From: an uncultured bacterium
GTDB taxonomy: Bacteria; Lernaellota; Lernaellaia; Lernaellales; Lernaellaceae
Length of the DNA stretch: 20,946 nt
Reading direction: 5' to 3'
Assembly: GCA_964534375.1 (NCBI GenBank)
Contig: CAZHPN010000098.1
Coordinates: 1-20,946, forward strand
Positions 8,905 through 16,546 of this stretch are shown in pieces (position 1 is the first letter of the stretch; the number at the start of each line of letters is the position of its first letter). The translations under genes were made by a program, and so were the position numbers. The notes beneath the pieces were generated by a model. The model was not told the origin of the DNA. It did not search any database and saw only the letters and a program-made list of their open reading frames with translations.

Positions 8905-9243
8905 TCATAAGTTCCCGCTGAGGCAGCCCTCGACGCAATCGGCGAGCGCGGTGCAGTCGCCGTTGGCCTCCGTGCCGGCGCTGCACTGCACGACGCAGGA
9001 CTCCAAGGCGCTGGATTCGCAACTGCTCGTGCAGTCGTCCTTGGACATCGGATTGCCGTTCGCATCGCCCAGCGTCAGGTCGCAGCCATCGTAGACCGTT
9101 CGGCACGCGTCGGGGCAAACGTTGCCGCCGTTCGGGCCGTTATATCCGGGGCCCGCGCCGTAGTCGCCGCAACCGACGGCGATCAGCGCTGTTGCCGCCG
9201 CGAGGCAGCATGCCAGCATCGCCAGCCAAAGTTCTCTGCGCAT
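8905..9243 (-). CDS. Small Cys-rich lipoprotein, paralog 3
   Basis: AGGAGG RBS before ATG 9243 (MRRELW...), lipobox AVGC, same 10-Cys spacing. Confidence 0.85.
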   Translation of the reverse strand: MRRELWLAMLACCLAAATALIAVGCGDYGAGPGYNGPNGGNVCPDACRTVYDGCDLTLGDANGNPMSKDDCTSSCESSALESCVVQCSAGTEANGDCTALADCVEGCLSGNL

Positions 9244-9287
9244 CGGACACCTCCTGTTTTTCTCCGAGACGCCGAACCGCACACGGT

Positions 9288-9707
9288 TCACAAACCGCCG
9301 GTGACGCACTCGTCGACGCAGTACGCGACATCTGCGCAGGCGCCGTTGGCCGGCGTGCCGACGCCGCACTGCTGCACGCAGTAAGCCAAATCCTGGGCGT
9401 CGCAAATGTCCGTGCAGTCGCTCTGTGACAGCAGGTCGCCGTCCAGATCCCAAAGCGGCTGGTTGCAGACTTCGGCGACGTCCCGGCAGGCGCTGGCGCA
9501 TTCGCCGCCGCCGCCGCTGCTGTTGATGCCGATCACGGCGCCGTTGTTGCCGCCGCCGGCGGCCGGATGCTCCGTCACGCCGATCCGATTGCTGCCGGCG
9601 GGCTCGTTGCTGCTGGTCCCGTCGCCGGCCTCGCAGCCCATGGCGATCACACCCGCCGCCGCGGCCAAACAGGCCGCCACGATCGCCAACCCGTAAAGCG
9701 CACGCAT
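9288..9707 (-). CDS. Small Cys-rich lipoprotein, paralog 4
   Basis: AGGAGG RBS, lipobox AMGC, longer Gly-rich linker, same 10-Cys spacing. Confidence 0.85.
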   Translation of the reverse strand: MRALYGLAIVAACLAAAAGVIAMGCEAGDGTSSNEPAGSNRIGVTEHPAAGGGNNGAVIGINSSGGGGECASACRDVAEVCNQPLWDLDGDLLSQSDCTDICDAQDLAYCVQQCGVGTPANGACADVAYCVDECVTGGL

Positions 9708-9783
9708 GGGAATCCTCCTGTCTTTTCTCCGAAAGGCCGACTGAAACCGGTCTTCCAGGATTCGTCCTGAACCGACCGAATCG

Positions 9784-9793
9784 TAATGACGGA
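9784..9793 (-). promoter_or_regulatory. Conserved motif TCCGTCATTA upstream of paralog 4
   Basis: Identical 10-mer; runs into the -10-like hexamer TACGAT on the minus strand. Confidence 0.6.
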
Positions 9794-9958
9794 ATGTGCA
9801 AAAGATAGTGGGGCGATACGGGCGTTGCACACGCTCGCACGTACCGCATTTCAGTGCGGTACGGCCGCCTTCTGATTTCTATCTTCTGACTTCTCGCAGC
9901 TTGACAACCCGCCGATTCTTCTCTCAGATGACGACCCACTACGTGTTAGGTTAATCAA

Positions 9959-10762
9959 ATGAACGATTCGTCCCGCGTCTCGCCGATGAACGAAACCGAA
10001 TTGCTGCCGCAGTTGGAGCGCATCGTCCGCCGCGCGGGCCGGATGGCGATGGAATTTCGCCCGCGGCTCGACGTGCGCACGAAAGCCGACGGCTCGTTCG
10101 TCACGCAGGCGGACATCGCCATCGAGGAATTTCTCGCCGGCGCGCTCGGCGAAATCCTTCCCGAGGCCGCGTTTCTCGGCGAGGAGCGGCCGCTGCCCGC
10201 GGCCGACGGCGAGCGCCCGGTGTGGATCGTCGACCCGATCGACGGCACCGATTCCTATCGCCAGGGCCTGGCGTACTTCGGCGTCAGCGTCGGCCTCGTG
10301 TGCGGCGGCGACTTCCGCCTCGGCGCCTTCTTCAATCCGCACCTCGACGAAATGCACCTGGCGCGGCGGGGCGGCGGCGCCACGCGGAACGGCGAACCGG
10401 TCCGCGTGCAGACGCGCGACGCGATCACGGCCGATTGCGATGTGTGCGGGTCCAGCGATTTTCACCGGTTTTTCGAGTTTGACCTGCCGTTGAAGGTCCG
10501 CTCGCTCGGCAGCACCGCGCAGCATCTGGCGCTGGTCGCCGACGGCCGCTCGTGCTTTTGCTTTTGCCATCCGCGGATTTGGGACGTCGGGGCGACGATC
10601 CTGCTCTTGCAGGAAGCCGGCGGCGCGGTCTGCCATCTCGACGGCAGCTCGTTCCGTCCGGCCGCACACCTGGACGGCAAGATGATCCGCCCGCCGCTCG
10701 TCGCCGGTCCGGCCAATCTGCTCGCCGATATCCTCAAAAACATCGCCTGGAAACATACGTAG
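9959..10762 (+). CDS. Inositol monophosphatase family protein (SuhB/HisN/CysQ-like); alternative start 9986
   Basis: KADGSFVTQAD, LGEE, WIVDPIDGT and WDVGA..EAGG motifs. Confidence 0.9.
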   Translation: MNDSSRVSPMNETELLPQLERIVRRAGRMAMEFRPRLDVRTKADGSFVTQADIAIEEFLAGALGEILPEAAFLGEERPLPAADGERPVWIVDPIDGTDSYRQGLAYFGVSVGLVCGGDFRLGAFFNPHLDEMHLARRGGGATRNGEPVRVQTRDAITADCDVCGSSDFHRFFEFDLPLKVRSLGSTAQHLALVADGRSCFCFCHPRIWDVGATILLLQEAGGAVCHLDGSSFRPAAHLDGKMIRPPLVAGPANLLADILKNIAWKHT

Positions 10763-10768
10763 TTCGTG

Positions 10769-10832
10769 CCCGGACCTCACACGAAGCATCTCGGTCCCGG
10801 ACCTCACACGAAGCATGTCGGCCCCGGACCTC
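10769..10832. repeat. 27-bp tandem direct repeat, about 2.4 copies
   Basis: CCCGGACCTCACACGAAGCATSTCGGY at 10769 and 10796; partial copy at 10823. Confidence 0.85.
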
Positions 10833-11208
10833 CGAAGGAGATGCCGCAAAGACGGACAGAGGTTCAGCGCCAGCGCACGGAGAAACTCTGCTCGGCTCCG
10901 TGCGACTGCGCCTGATGCCCGGAACATCTTGCAATATGACGGCGGCTCGTGGTCGACCATGAAAATCCCAACGGGCGTTTCCTCCTTATACGGAGTCCGG
11001 GGCGTCGCGCCGTAGACCGCGGTAACCGTCCGCTCAATCGCCGTGGGCCAAAATCGCGAACTTGGCGCAATATTTGAGTCAGCCATGTGCCGGGCGCGGG
11101 GCCTACGCTTCGGGCGGGCGGCGCCCGCCCCGGGCCATCAGGCTGGCAAACTGCGAGATGTTGCGGTTAAACAAATGATGATAAACCACGAATATCCCTA
11201 ATGTACGC

Positions 11209-11224
11209 TATTTTACGTGAAACA
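11209..11224. promoter_or_regulatory. Degenerate parS site
   Basis: TATTTTACGTGAAACA, 2 mismatches to TGTTTCACGTGAAACA. Confidence 0.6.
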
Positions 11225-11417
11225 TTCGGGGTCTCGTTCGCCTGCGTGCACAGCCAAACAAACGCGTAGTCGGGTGCATTGGCGGATAAACAACCAAACA
11301 AATGCGTAATCGGGCGTTTTTGAGGTTATTTTGACCGAGAAAATGAGATGGGGTCGCGAGAAACGCGCAGCAGACAAACATAAACGGCGAATAAACGCGA
11401 AAAATGGCCGTTAACTG

Positions 11418-11433
11418 TGTTTCACGTGAAACA
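11418..11433. promoter_or_regulatory. parS: parS centromere site (ParB binding)
   Basis: Perfect palindrome TGTTTCACGTGAAACA, the chromosomal parS consensus, in an AT-rich intergenic region. Confidence 0.9.
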
Positions 11434-11595
11434 ATTTGGAGCGAATTGACAACCGACATTCATGTAAAATTACGAAACAAAGCCAATTTTGTTCCGCGGC
11501 CGAGGGCGCCGGCGGGGCCAAACGCCTTTGGCGCCGGAAGGCGCGGGAAATGAATCTTGACGCCGCGAACCCGCTGGCATAACTATGAAATCGAC

Positions 11596-13221
11596 ATGAT
11601 GAACCCCTCCCAAACCATCGGCCCGTATCAGATCGTTCAGCCGCTGGCCGCGGGCGGCATGGGCCAGGTCTTCCTCGCCAAGAAGACGGGCGAGGGCGGC
11701 GTCGAGATGACGTGCGTCGTGAAGACCCTGCTGGCGGCGTACGCCGGCGACGCCGAGTTCGTGCGGATGTTTCTCCGTGAGGCGCGCATCCTCGCGTCGT
11801 TGCGGCACCAGAACATCGTGCAACTGTTCGATTGCGGCCGCGTCGACGGCACGCTGTACCTCGCGATGGAGTACGTTGAGGGCCACGACCTGCGCGACAT
11901 GATGACGCAGGCCGGCGGGCGGCCGCTGCCGCTGGCGGTGGCGCTGCGCATTGCGATCGAGGCCCTCAACGGTCTGGCGTACGCGCACACGCGTGTCGGC
12001 GACGACGGCCGGCCGCTGAACCTCGTCCATCGCGACCTGACGCCGACCAACATTCTGCTGTCCCGCGAAGGCGCGGTCAAACTGGTCGATTTCGGCATCG
12101 CCAAAGACGCGGTGTCGGAAGATCGCACGATCGCCGGCGTCATCAAAGGCAAGTTGCAGTATATGTCGCCCGAACAACTGGACGGCCGGCCGCTCGACGC
12201 CCGCGCCGACCTGTTCGCGATGGGCTTGGTCTTGTATGAATTGGCGACGGGTGTCCGACCGTTCGCCGCGGACACGACCAGCCCGCTGTTCGCGAAGGTC
12301 CTGCACGGCGAATATACACCCGCGTCTGTCGTCGCCGGCACGCCCCAGGAATTGGACCGCCTGCTCGCCAAGGCGCTCGCGAAACGGGCCGAAGACCGCT
12401 TCGCGTCGGCGGCCGCGATGCTCGCCGACGTGGAGAAACTCGCGCTCGCCGTCGGCGCGCTGCCGATCAATGGCCTGCGCGACTATTACCGCGACTTGTT
12501 CGAATCGCCGCGGTTGCCGCATGCCGCTGCCGACGAAACCGGCTCGGCCGACGAACAAACCGTCGGCCGGCCGAGGTTGGCGCCCGCGCCGGCGTCGGCG
12601 TCTGCGCCCCCGGTTCCATGGAAAGCGCCGCCGCGATGGATTGGGGCGATCGTCTTGCCGGCGGCGATTCTGGTCGCCGCCGGGGCGTGGGCGTTGTTTT
12701 CCGGCAAAGCAGTTGTGCCACGCGCGGAAACGTCGAGCGTGCGGCCGGCCGCGCCAGCCCATTCGACAACGGGCCCGACCGCGGCGGCGAATCCGGCGCC
12801 GGCGTCGCCGCCCGGCCGCATCAAGGTCGCGCCGGATGTCGATTGCGACGTCTACCTCGACGGCAAGCTCATCGGCGCCACGCCGCTCGCGTCGTTCGAG
12901 GCCGCCGCGGGGCAGCACGAATTGTTGCTCCGCAACGAGAACCTGGGGGTTGCGGCGACGGTCCCGGTGACGGTCGCCGCGGAGAAAACCGCCCGGGTTG
13001 CCGCCACGTTGATGGCGACGTTGGTGGTCAAGGTCATCCGAGGAACAAAGGTCTACGTCGATTCGACAGTGCTCGGACTGACGCCCTTGCCGCCGACGCC
13101 AGTCAAACCGGGCCCGCATCAAATTCGCCTGGTTCACGCAGCGCTGGGAAAAGACGTCGCGATCCAGCGCACGTTCACGGCGGGGGCCGTTACCAGGATC
13201 GACGAGGATCTGACGAAGTAG
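11596..13221 (+). CDS. Hanks-type Ser/Thr protein kinase with TM helix and C-terminal PEGA-like domains
   Basis: LAAGGMGQVF, HRDLTPTN, DFGIAK and GKLQYMSPEQ motifs; TM segment; VYLDGKLIGATP and VYVDSTVLGLTP PEGA-like repeats. Confidence 0.93.
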   Translation: MMNPSQTIGPYQIVQPLAAGGMGQVFLAKKTGEGGVEMTCVVKTLLAAYAGDAEFVRMFLREARILASLRHQNIVQLFDCGRVDGTLYLAMEYVEGHDLRDMMTQAGGRPLPLAVALRIAIEALNGLAYAHTRVGDDGRPLNLVHRDLTPTNILLSREGAVKLVDFGIAKDAVSEDRTIAGVIKGKLQYMSPEQLDGRPLDARADLFAMGLVLYELATGVRPFAADTTSPLFAKVLHGEYTPASVVAGTPQELDRLLAKALAKRAEDRFASAAAMLADVEKLALAVGALPINGLRDYYRDLFESPRLPHAAADETGSADEQTVGRPRLAPAPASASAPPVPWKAPPRWIGAIVLPAAILVAAGAWALFSGKAVVPRAETSSVRPAAPAHSTTGPTAAANPAPASPPGRIKVAPDVDCDVYLDGKLIGATPLASFEAAAGQHELLLRNENLGVAATVPVTVAAEKTARVAATLMATLVVKVIRGTKVYVDSTVLGLTPLPPTPVKPGPHQIRLVHAALGKDVAIQRTFTAGAVTRIDEDLTK

Positions 13222-13255
13222 GCTGCGGCCGAGGCGCGCCCGAAGGAAGCGAAAT

Positions 13256-14407
13256 TTGCCACTGATTAGCTGTCCGGATTGCGGCAAGGAGATCAGCGAC
13301 CAGGCCGTGATTTGCATCGGCTGCGGCCGTCCGATGAAGCCGGCGGCGACGCCGTCGGAAGAATCGCTGCTGCGGCAAAACGGCCGGTCCGACGCGAAAC
13401 CAGAACCGCGAGCCGCAGCGGTTTCGCCCCCGGACGTTCGTCCGATCGCCCGCAAACGCCGATGGCCGCTCTGGCTCGCGGCGGCGCTGGCGGGCGTCGC
13501 GGCCGCGGCGTTGTGCTGGTGGCGGTTGAGTCCCGGCAAGGTCGCGGAAAGCTCGACGATCGGCTACCGGCTCGTCCGGATTCCGCCCGGCCGCTTTCAG
13601 ATGGGCTCACCGAGCGACGAGCCGCAACGGTCCGAGGGCGAAACCCGGCACTGGGTGACGATCAGCAAAGGATTCCTGCTGGGTGCGACGACCGTGACGC
13701 AGGGGCAGTGGCAGAAGGTCATGGGAAACAATCCGAGTTTTTTCAAGAACTGCGGCGATGACTGCCCGGTCGAAAGCGTCTCGTGGTTTGACGTGGTGGA
13801 TTTCTGCAATCGGCTGTCCGATTTGGAAGGGTTGAGCCACTGCTACGGCGGCGTCGGCGAAGCCATCCAATGGGACCGGACCTGCGCGGGTTACCGGTTG
13901 CCGACAGAGGCCGAATGGGAGTACGCGGCGCGCGCGGGAAGCGACGCCGCCCTGTCTACCGGGCCGCTGACGATTCGCGGCGAGAACAGCGGGCCGGAGT
14001 TGGACCCGATCGCGTGGTACGGCGGCAATAGTGCGGTGGCCTATGCCGGCGCCATCGATTGTTCGGCGTGGAAGGGCAAGCAGTATCCCTCGACGAGTTG
14101 CGGGCCGCATCCGGTGGCCGGCAAGCGCGGGAACGCGTGGGGCCTTTTCGACATGTTGGGGAACGTGTGGGAGTGGGTCTGGGATTTCAAAGGCGAGTAC
14201 CCGGCCGGGTCCGTCACCGATCCCACGGGCCCCGCCGCCGGCGCTCTGCGCGTGGATCGCGGCGGGTGCTGGGAGTGCTACGCGAGTTTCTGCCGTTCGG
14301 CGTATCGCGACGGCACGGTTCCGGGCTCGCGGTATTACAGTCTGGGTTTCCGCTTGGCGAGGTCCTTGCCCGACCCCGCGACGATCCAAAAGCTCGATGG
14401 GTTGTGA
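13256..14407 (+). CDS. Formylglycine-generating-enzyme (FGE-sulfatase, CLec fold) domain protein with N-terminal zinc ribbon and TM helix
   Basis: CPDCGKEISDQA..C..CG, FQMGSP, YRLPTEAEWEYAARAG, DMLGNVWEW and RGG.W...GFRLA motifs; TTG start. Confidence 0.9.
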   Translation: MPLISCPDCGKEISDQAVICIGCGRPMKPAATPSEESLLRQNGRSDAKPEPRAAAVSPPDVRPIARKRRWPLWLAAALAGVAAAALCWWRLSPGKVAESSTIGYRLVRIPPGRFQMGSPSDEPQRSEGETRHWVTISKGFLLGATTVTQGQWQKVMGNNPSFFKNCGDDCPVESVSWFDVVDFCNRLSDLEGLSHCYGGVGEAIQWDRTCAGYRLPTEAEWEYAARAGSDAALSTGPLTIRGENSGPELDPIAWYGGNSAVAYAGAIDCSAWKGKQYPSTSCGPHPVAGKRGNAWGLFDMLGNVWEWVWDFKGEYPAGSVTDPTGPAAGALRVDRGGCWECYASFCRSAYRDGTVPGSRYYSLGFRLARSLPDPATIQKLDGL

Positions 14408-14491
14408 TCGGCTCGCGCGCGGCGCAACTCCGGCCTTCCTTCGGCTGCCCGGTTCGGGTAACGTCGAATCTCACCCGCGGGGAACCTGTTC

Positions 14492-15781
14492 ATGACCCCT
14501 GTTTCGCGCGCCAAATTCTTCCTTTTTCTTTTTTCCTTTTTCCTTCTCCTGTTCGTTGCCGCCGTCGCCGCGCAAGACGACTCGCCTGCGGCAATCGCCC
14601 GCGCGGCGTTGGCCAAACTCGACGGTTTCGACGCGACCTATTCGGCGACCACGCCGAGCGGCAAGACGTTCACGGTTCGCGTGCGGCAGCGGCGGCCCAA
14701 CAAAATGCGGGTCGACGTCGAGCCGCTGGGCCTGATTTCGCTCTTCGACGGCCGACGGTATCTCTATTTCGAGCGCGACACCAAGCGCGCGATCGGCATG
14801 ACGGTCGAGGACCTGCAGGCCGAAATGCGCCAACAGCGGCGAACGCTCGGCGCCATGTCATGGTTCGCCGCCGCCGCCGGCCGCGCCGACGCCGACGAGG
14901 CGATCTACCCCAGTTTGACGCTGGGCCTGGCGCCCGAACGCCTCGACGTCGCGCTGGAAATGTCGTCGACCCCCGAGCAATACAGTTGGCTGCGCTCGCT
15001 CGCGGCGGCGACGGCGCCGACCCGCACCGGCGACCAGGTCGCGTTCGACGAGACGGCGGGAAAGAGCACCGTGCGCATCGCGGTGAACCTCGCCGACGGT
15101 TTGCTCGAACGCGTTGCGTTCGTCGGCGGCAACGACCCGGCCGGCGCGCTGGTCCGCACGAGTTTGCAGAAGGGACCGCCGGACAGCAGCGATTTCGACA
15201 TCGCCGCGGTCGGCGGCGAGGCGGCCGGAAAACCCAGCGACCGCGTGTTGCTGCAGCAGGCGCTGATCGCCGGCTGCCGCGGCAATCTCGATCGCGTTCT
15301 TGCCGTCGCCAAAGAGCGGTGGCCGGCCTTCACGGCCGAGGAAAAAGAGGAACTGCCGCGGGCCGTGGCCAAGATGTTCGGCCAAATCTTCGGCCTGACG
15401 CTGCCGCAAACCAGGGCCGGTCTGGCCGAATCACTGCGCCATAGCGAACTTCCGGCCAAGGTCGCCTCGGCGTTGCACGATGTGACGGCCAATGCGAAAT
15501 TCGCGGCCGATCATCCGGCGTTGAAAAACGAAGCGCTCGCCGCGGCCTGGAAACGACAGGTCGTCGAGGAAACGACGCGCTCGGTGATGTACAACCTCTT
15601 GCACACCGCCAACGAGCAGTTCGTCGAACCATTCCGCCAACAGGCGCTCGACGCGACCGGCGGCATGAAGGACGAGCCGCGCCGGGATCTCATTGCGGCC
15701 GTGGTGCAACCGATTTTTCGCGTCTTCAGCGAGTTGCTGCAGCCGACCGTGGTCGAGACGCTCAACGAAATGGTGAAGTGA
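14492..15781 (+). CDS. Exported hypothetical protein with possible LolA-like N-terminal domain
   Basis: Signal peptide ending AVAA-Q; RPNKMRVD...LFDGRRYLYF resembles LolA-fold proteins; typical high-GC codon usage. Confidence 0.65.
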   Translation: MTPVSRAKFFLFLFSFFLLLFVAAVAAQDDSPAAIARAALAKLDGFDATYSATTPSGKTFTVRVRQRRPNKMRVDVEPLGLISLFDGRRYLYFERDTKRAIGMTVEDLQAEMRQQRRTLGAMSWFAAAAGRADADEAIYPSLTLGLAPERLDVALEMSSTPEQYSWLRSLAAATAPTRTGDQVAFDETAGKSTVRIAVNLADGLLERVAFVGGNDPAGALVRTSLQKGPPDSSDFDIAAVGGEAAGKPSDRVLLQQALIAGCRGNLDRVLAVAKERWPAFTAEEKEELPRAVAKMFGQIFGLTLPQTRAGLAESLRHSELPAKVASALHDVTANAKFAADHPALKNEALAAAWKRQVVEETTRSVMYNLLHTANEQFVEPFRQQALDATGGMKDEPRRDLIAAVVQPIFRVFSELLQPTVVETLNEMVK

Positions 15782-15828
15782 GGGATGGCCGTTTGTCGAC
15801 GATGAAACCGGCAGGCGCAGCGCGGCCA

Positions 15829-16536
15829 ATGGGACTTATGGGACCCATGGGACCGATAAGACCTGGAGCCGAAAGAACCTTTTGCAGGCGGGGCGGCCAA
15901 TGAGCGACGAAAAATTCATACCGCCCCATGGAAACTACCAAGAATTGTTTTCGTACCGGAAAGCCGAAATAGTTTACGACGTGACCTTCCGCTTCTGCGA
16001 ACGGTTTCTCAAGAAGGGCGACCGCACAATCGATCAAATGGTGCAGGCCGCGCGTTCCGGCAAACAGAACATCATCGAGGGAAGCCAGGCGTCAGGCACG
16101 TCGAAAGAAATGGAGATCAAGTTAACGAATGTCGCTCGCGCGAGTCTCGAAGAATTGCTCGCGGATTATCGCGATTACTTGCGAGCGCGTGATCTCATTA
16201 CTTGGGAGAAAAACTCAACAGAAGCGCTGTATGTGCGAAAGCTCGGCAATCGGCCCGACCTGTCCTACGAGACCTATCGCGGCTTCTGCGAGACGCGGCC
16301 GGCCGAAATCGTCGCGAACATCGCCATCTGCCTGATTCACCAAACCAACTTTCTGCTCGACCGCCAACTCCGCCGACTCGAACAGGATTTTCTCAAAGAC
16401 GGCGGCTTACGCGAGCGCATGACCCGCGCGCGCCTCGTGGTGCGTGACCGCCAGCGGAACTGACGAGGGTGCGGCGCCGGCAACCGACGGCGACTCGTCT
16501 CGCGCCCATCGGTCCCATTGGTCCCATATGTCCCAT
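15829..16536. repeat. Inverted nonamer arrays (ATGGGACNN)n at 15829-15864 and 16501-16536 flanking the four-helix-bundle gene
   Basis: 15829-15857 matches the reverse complement of 16508-16536 at 27 of 29 nt. Confidence 0.9.
15900..16463 (+). CDS. Four helix bundle protein with suffix domain (TIGR02436/TIGR04258-like; 23S-IVP/Avd-like fold)
   Basis: HGNYQELFSYRKA, RTIDQMVQAARSGKQNIIEGS, LTNVARASLEELLADYRDYL and FLKDGGLRERMTRAR motifs. Confidence 0.9.
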   Translation: MSDEKFIPPHGNYQELFSYRKAEIVYDVTFRFCERFLKKGDRTIDQMVQAARSGKQNIIEGSQASGTSKEMEIKLTNVARASLEELLADYRDYLRARDLITWEKNSTEALYVRKLGNRPDLSYETYRGFCETRPAEIVANIAICLIHQTNFLLDRQLRRLEQDFLKDGGLRERMTRARLVVRDRQRN

Positions 16537-16546
16537 GCACGGTGGG

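Noticed and set aside
8905..9939. 344-aa ORF as a single gene
   Set aside because: Only 8905-9243 is supported (RBS, lipobox); the upstream part is an off-frame overlap with paralog 4.
10769..10832. Possible CRISPR array
   Set aside because: Repeats are contiguous with no unique spacers, there are only about 2.4 copies, and no cas genes are present.
10864..10990. Minus-strand AAGGAGG followed by a short TTG-start ORF
   Set aside because: 35-aa peptide with no motif, overlapping a hairpin; unsupported.
11446..11470. TTGACA...TAAAAT sigma70 promoter, or a third parS
   Set aside because: The spacer is only 13 nt, and the parS similarity has too many mismatches.
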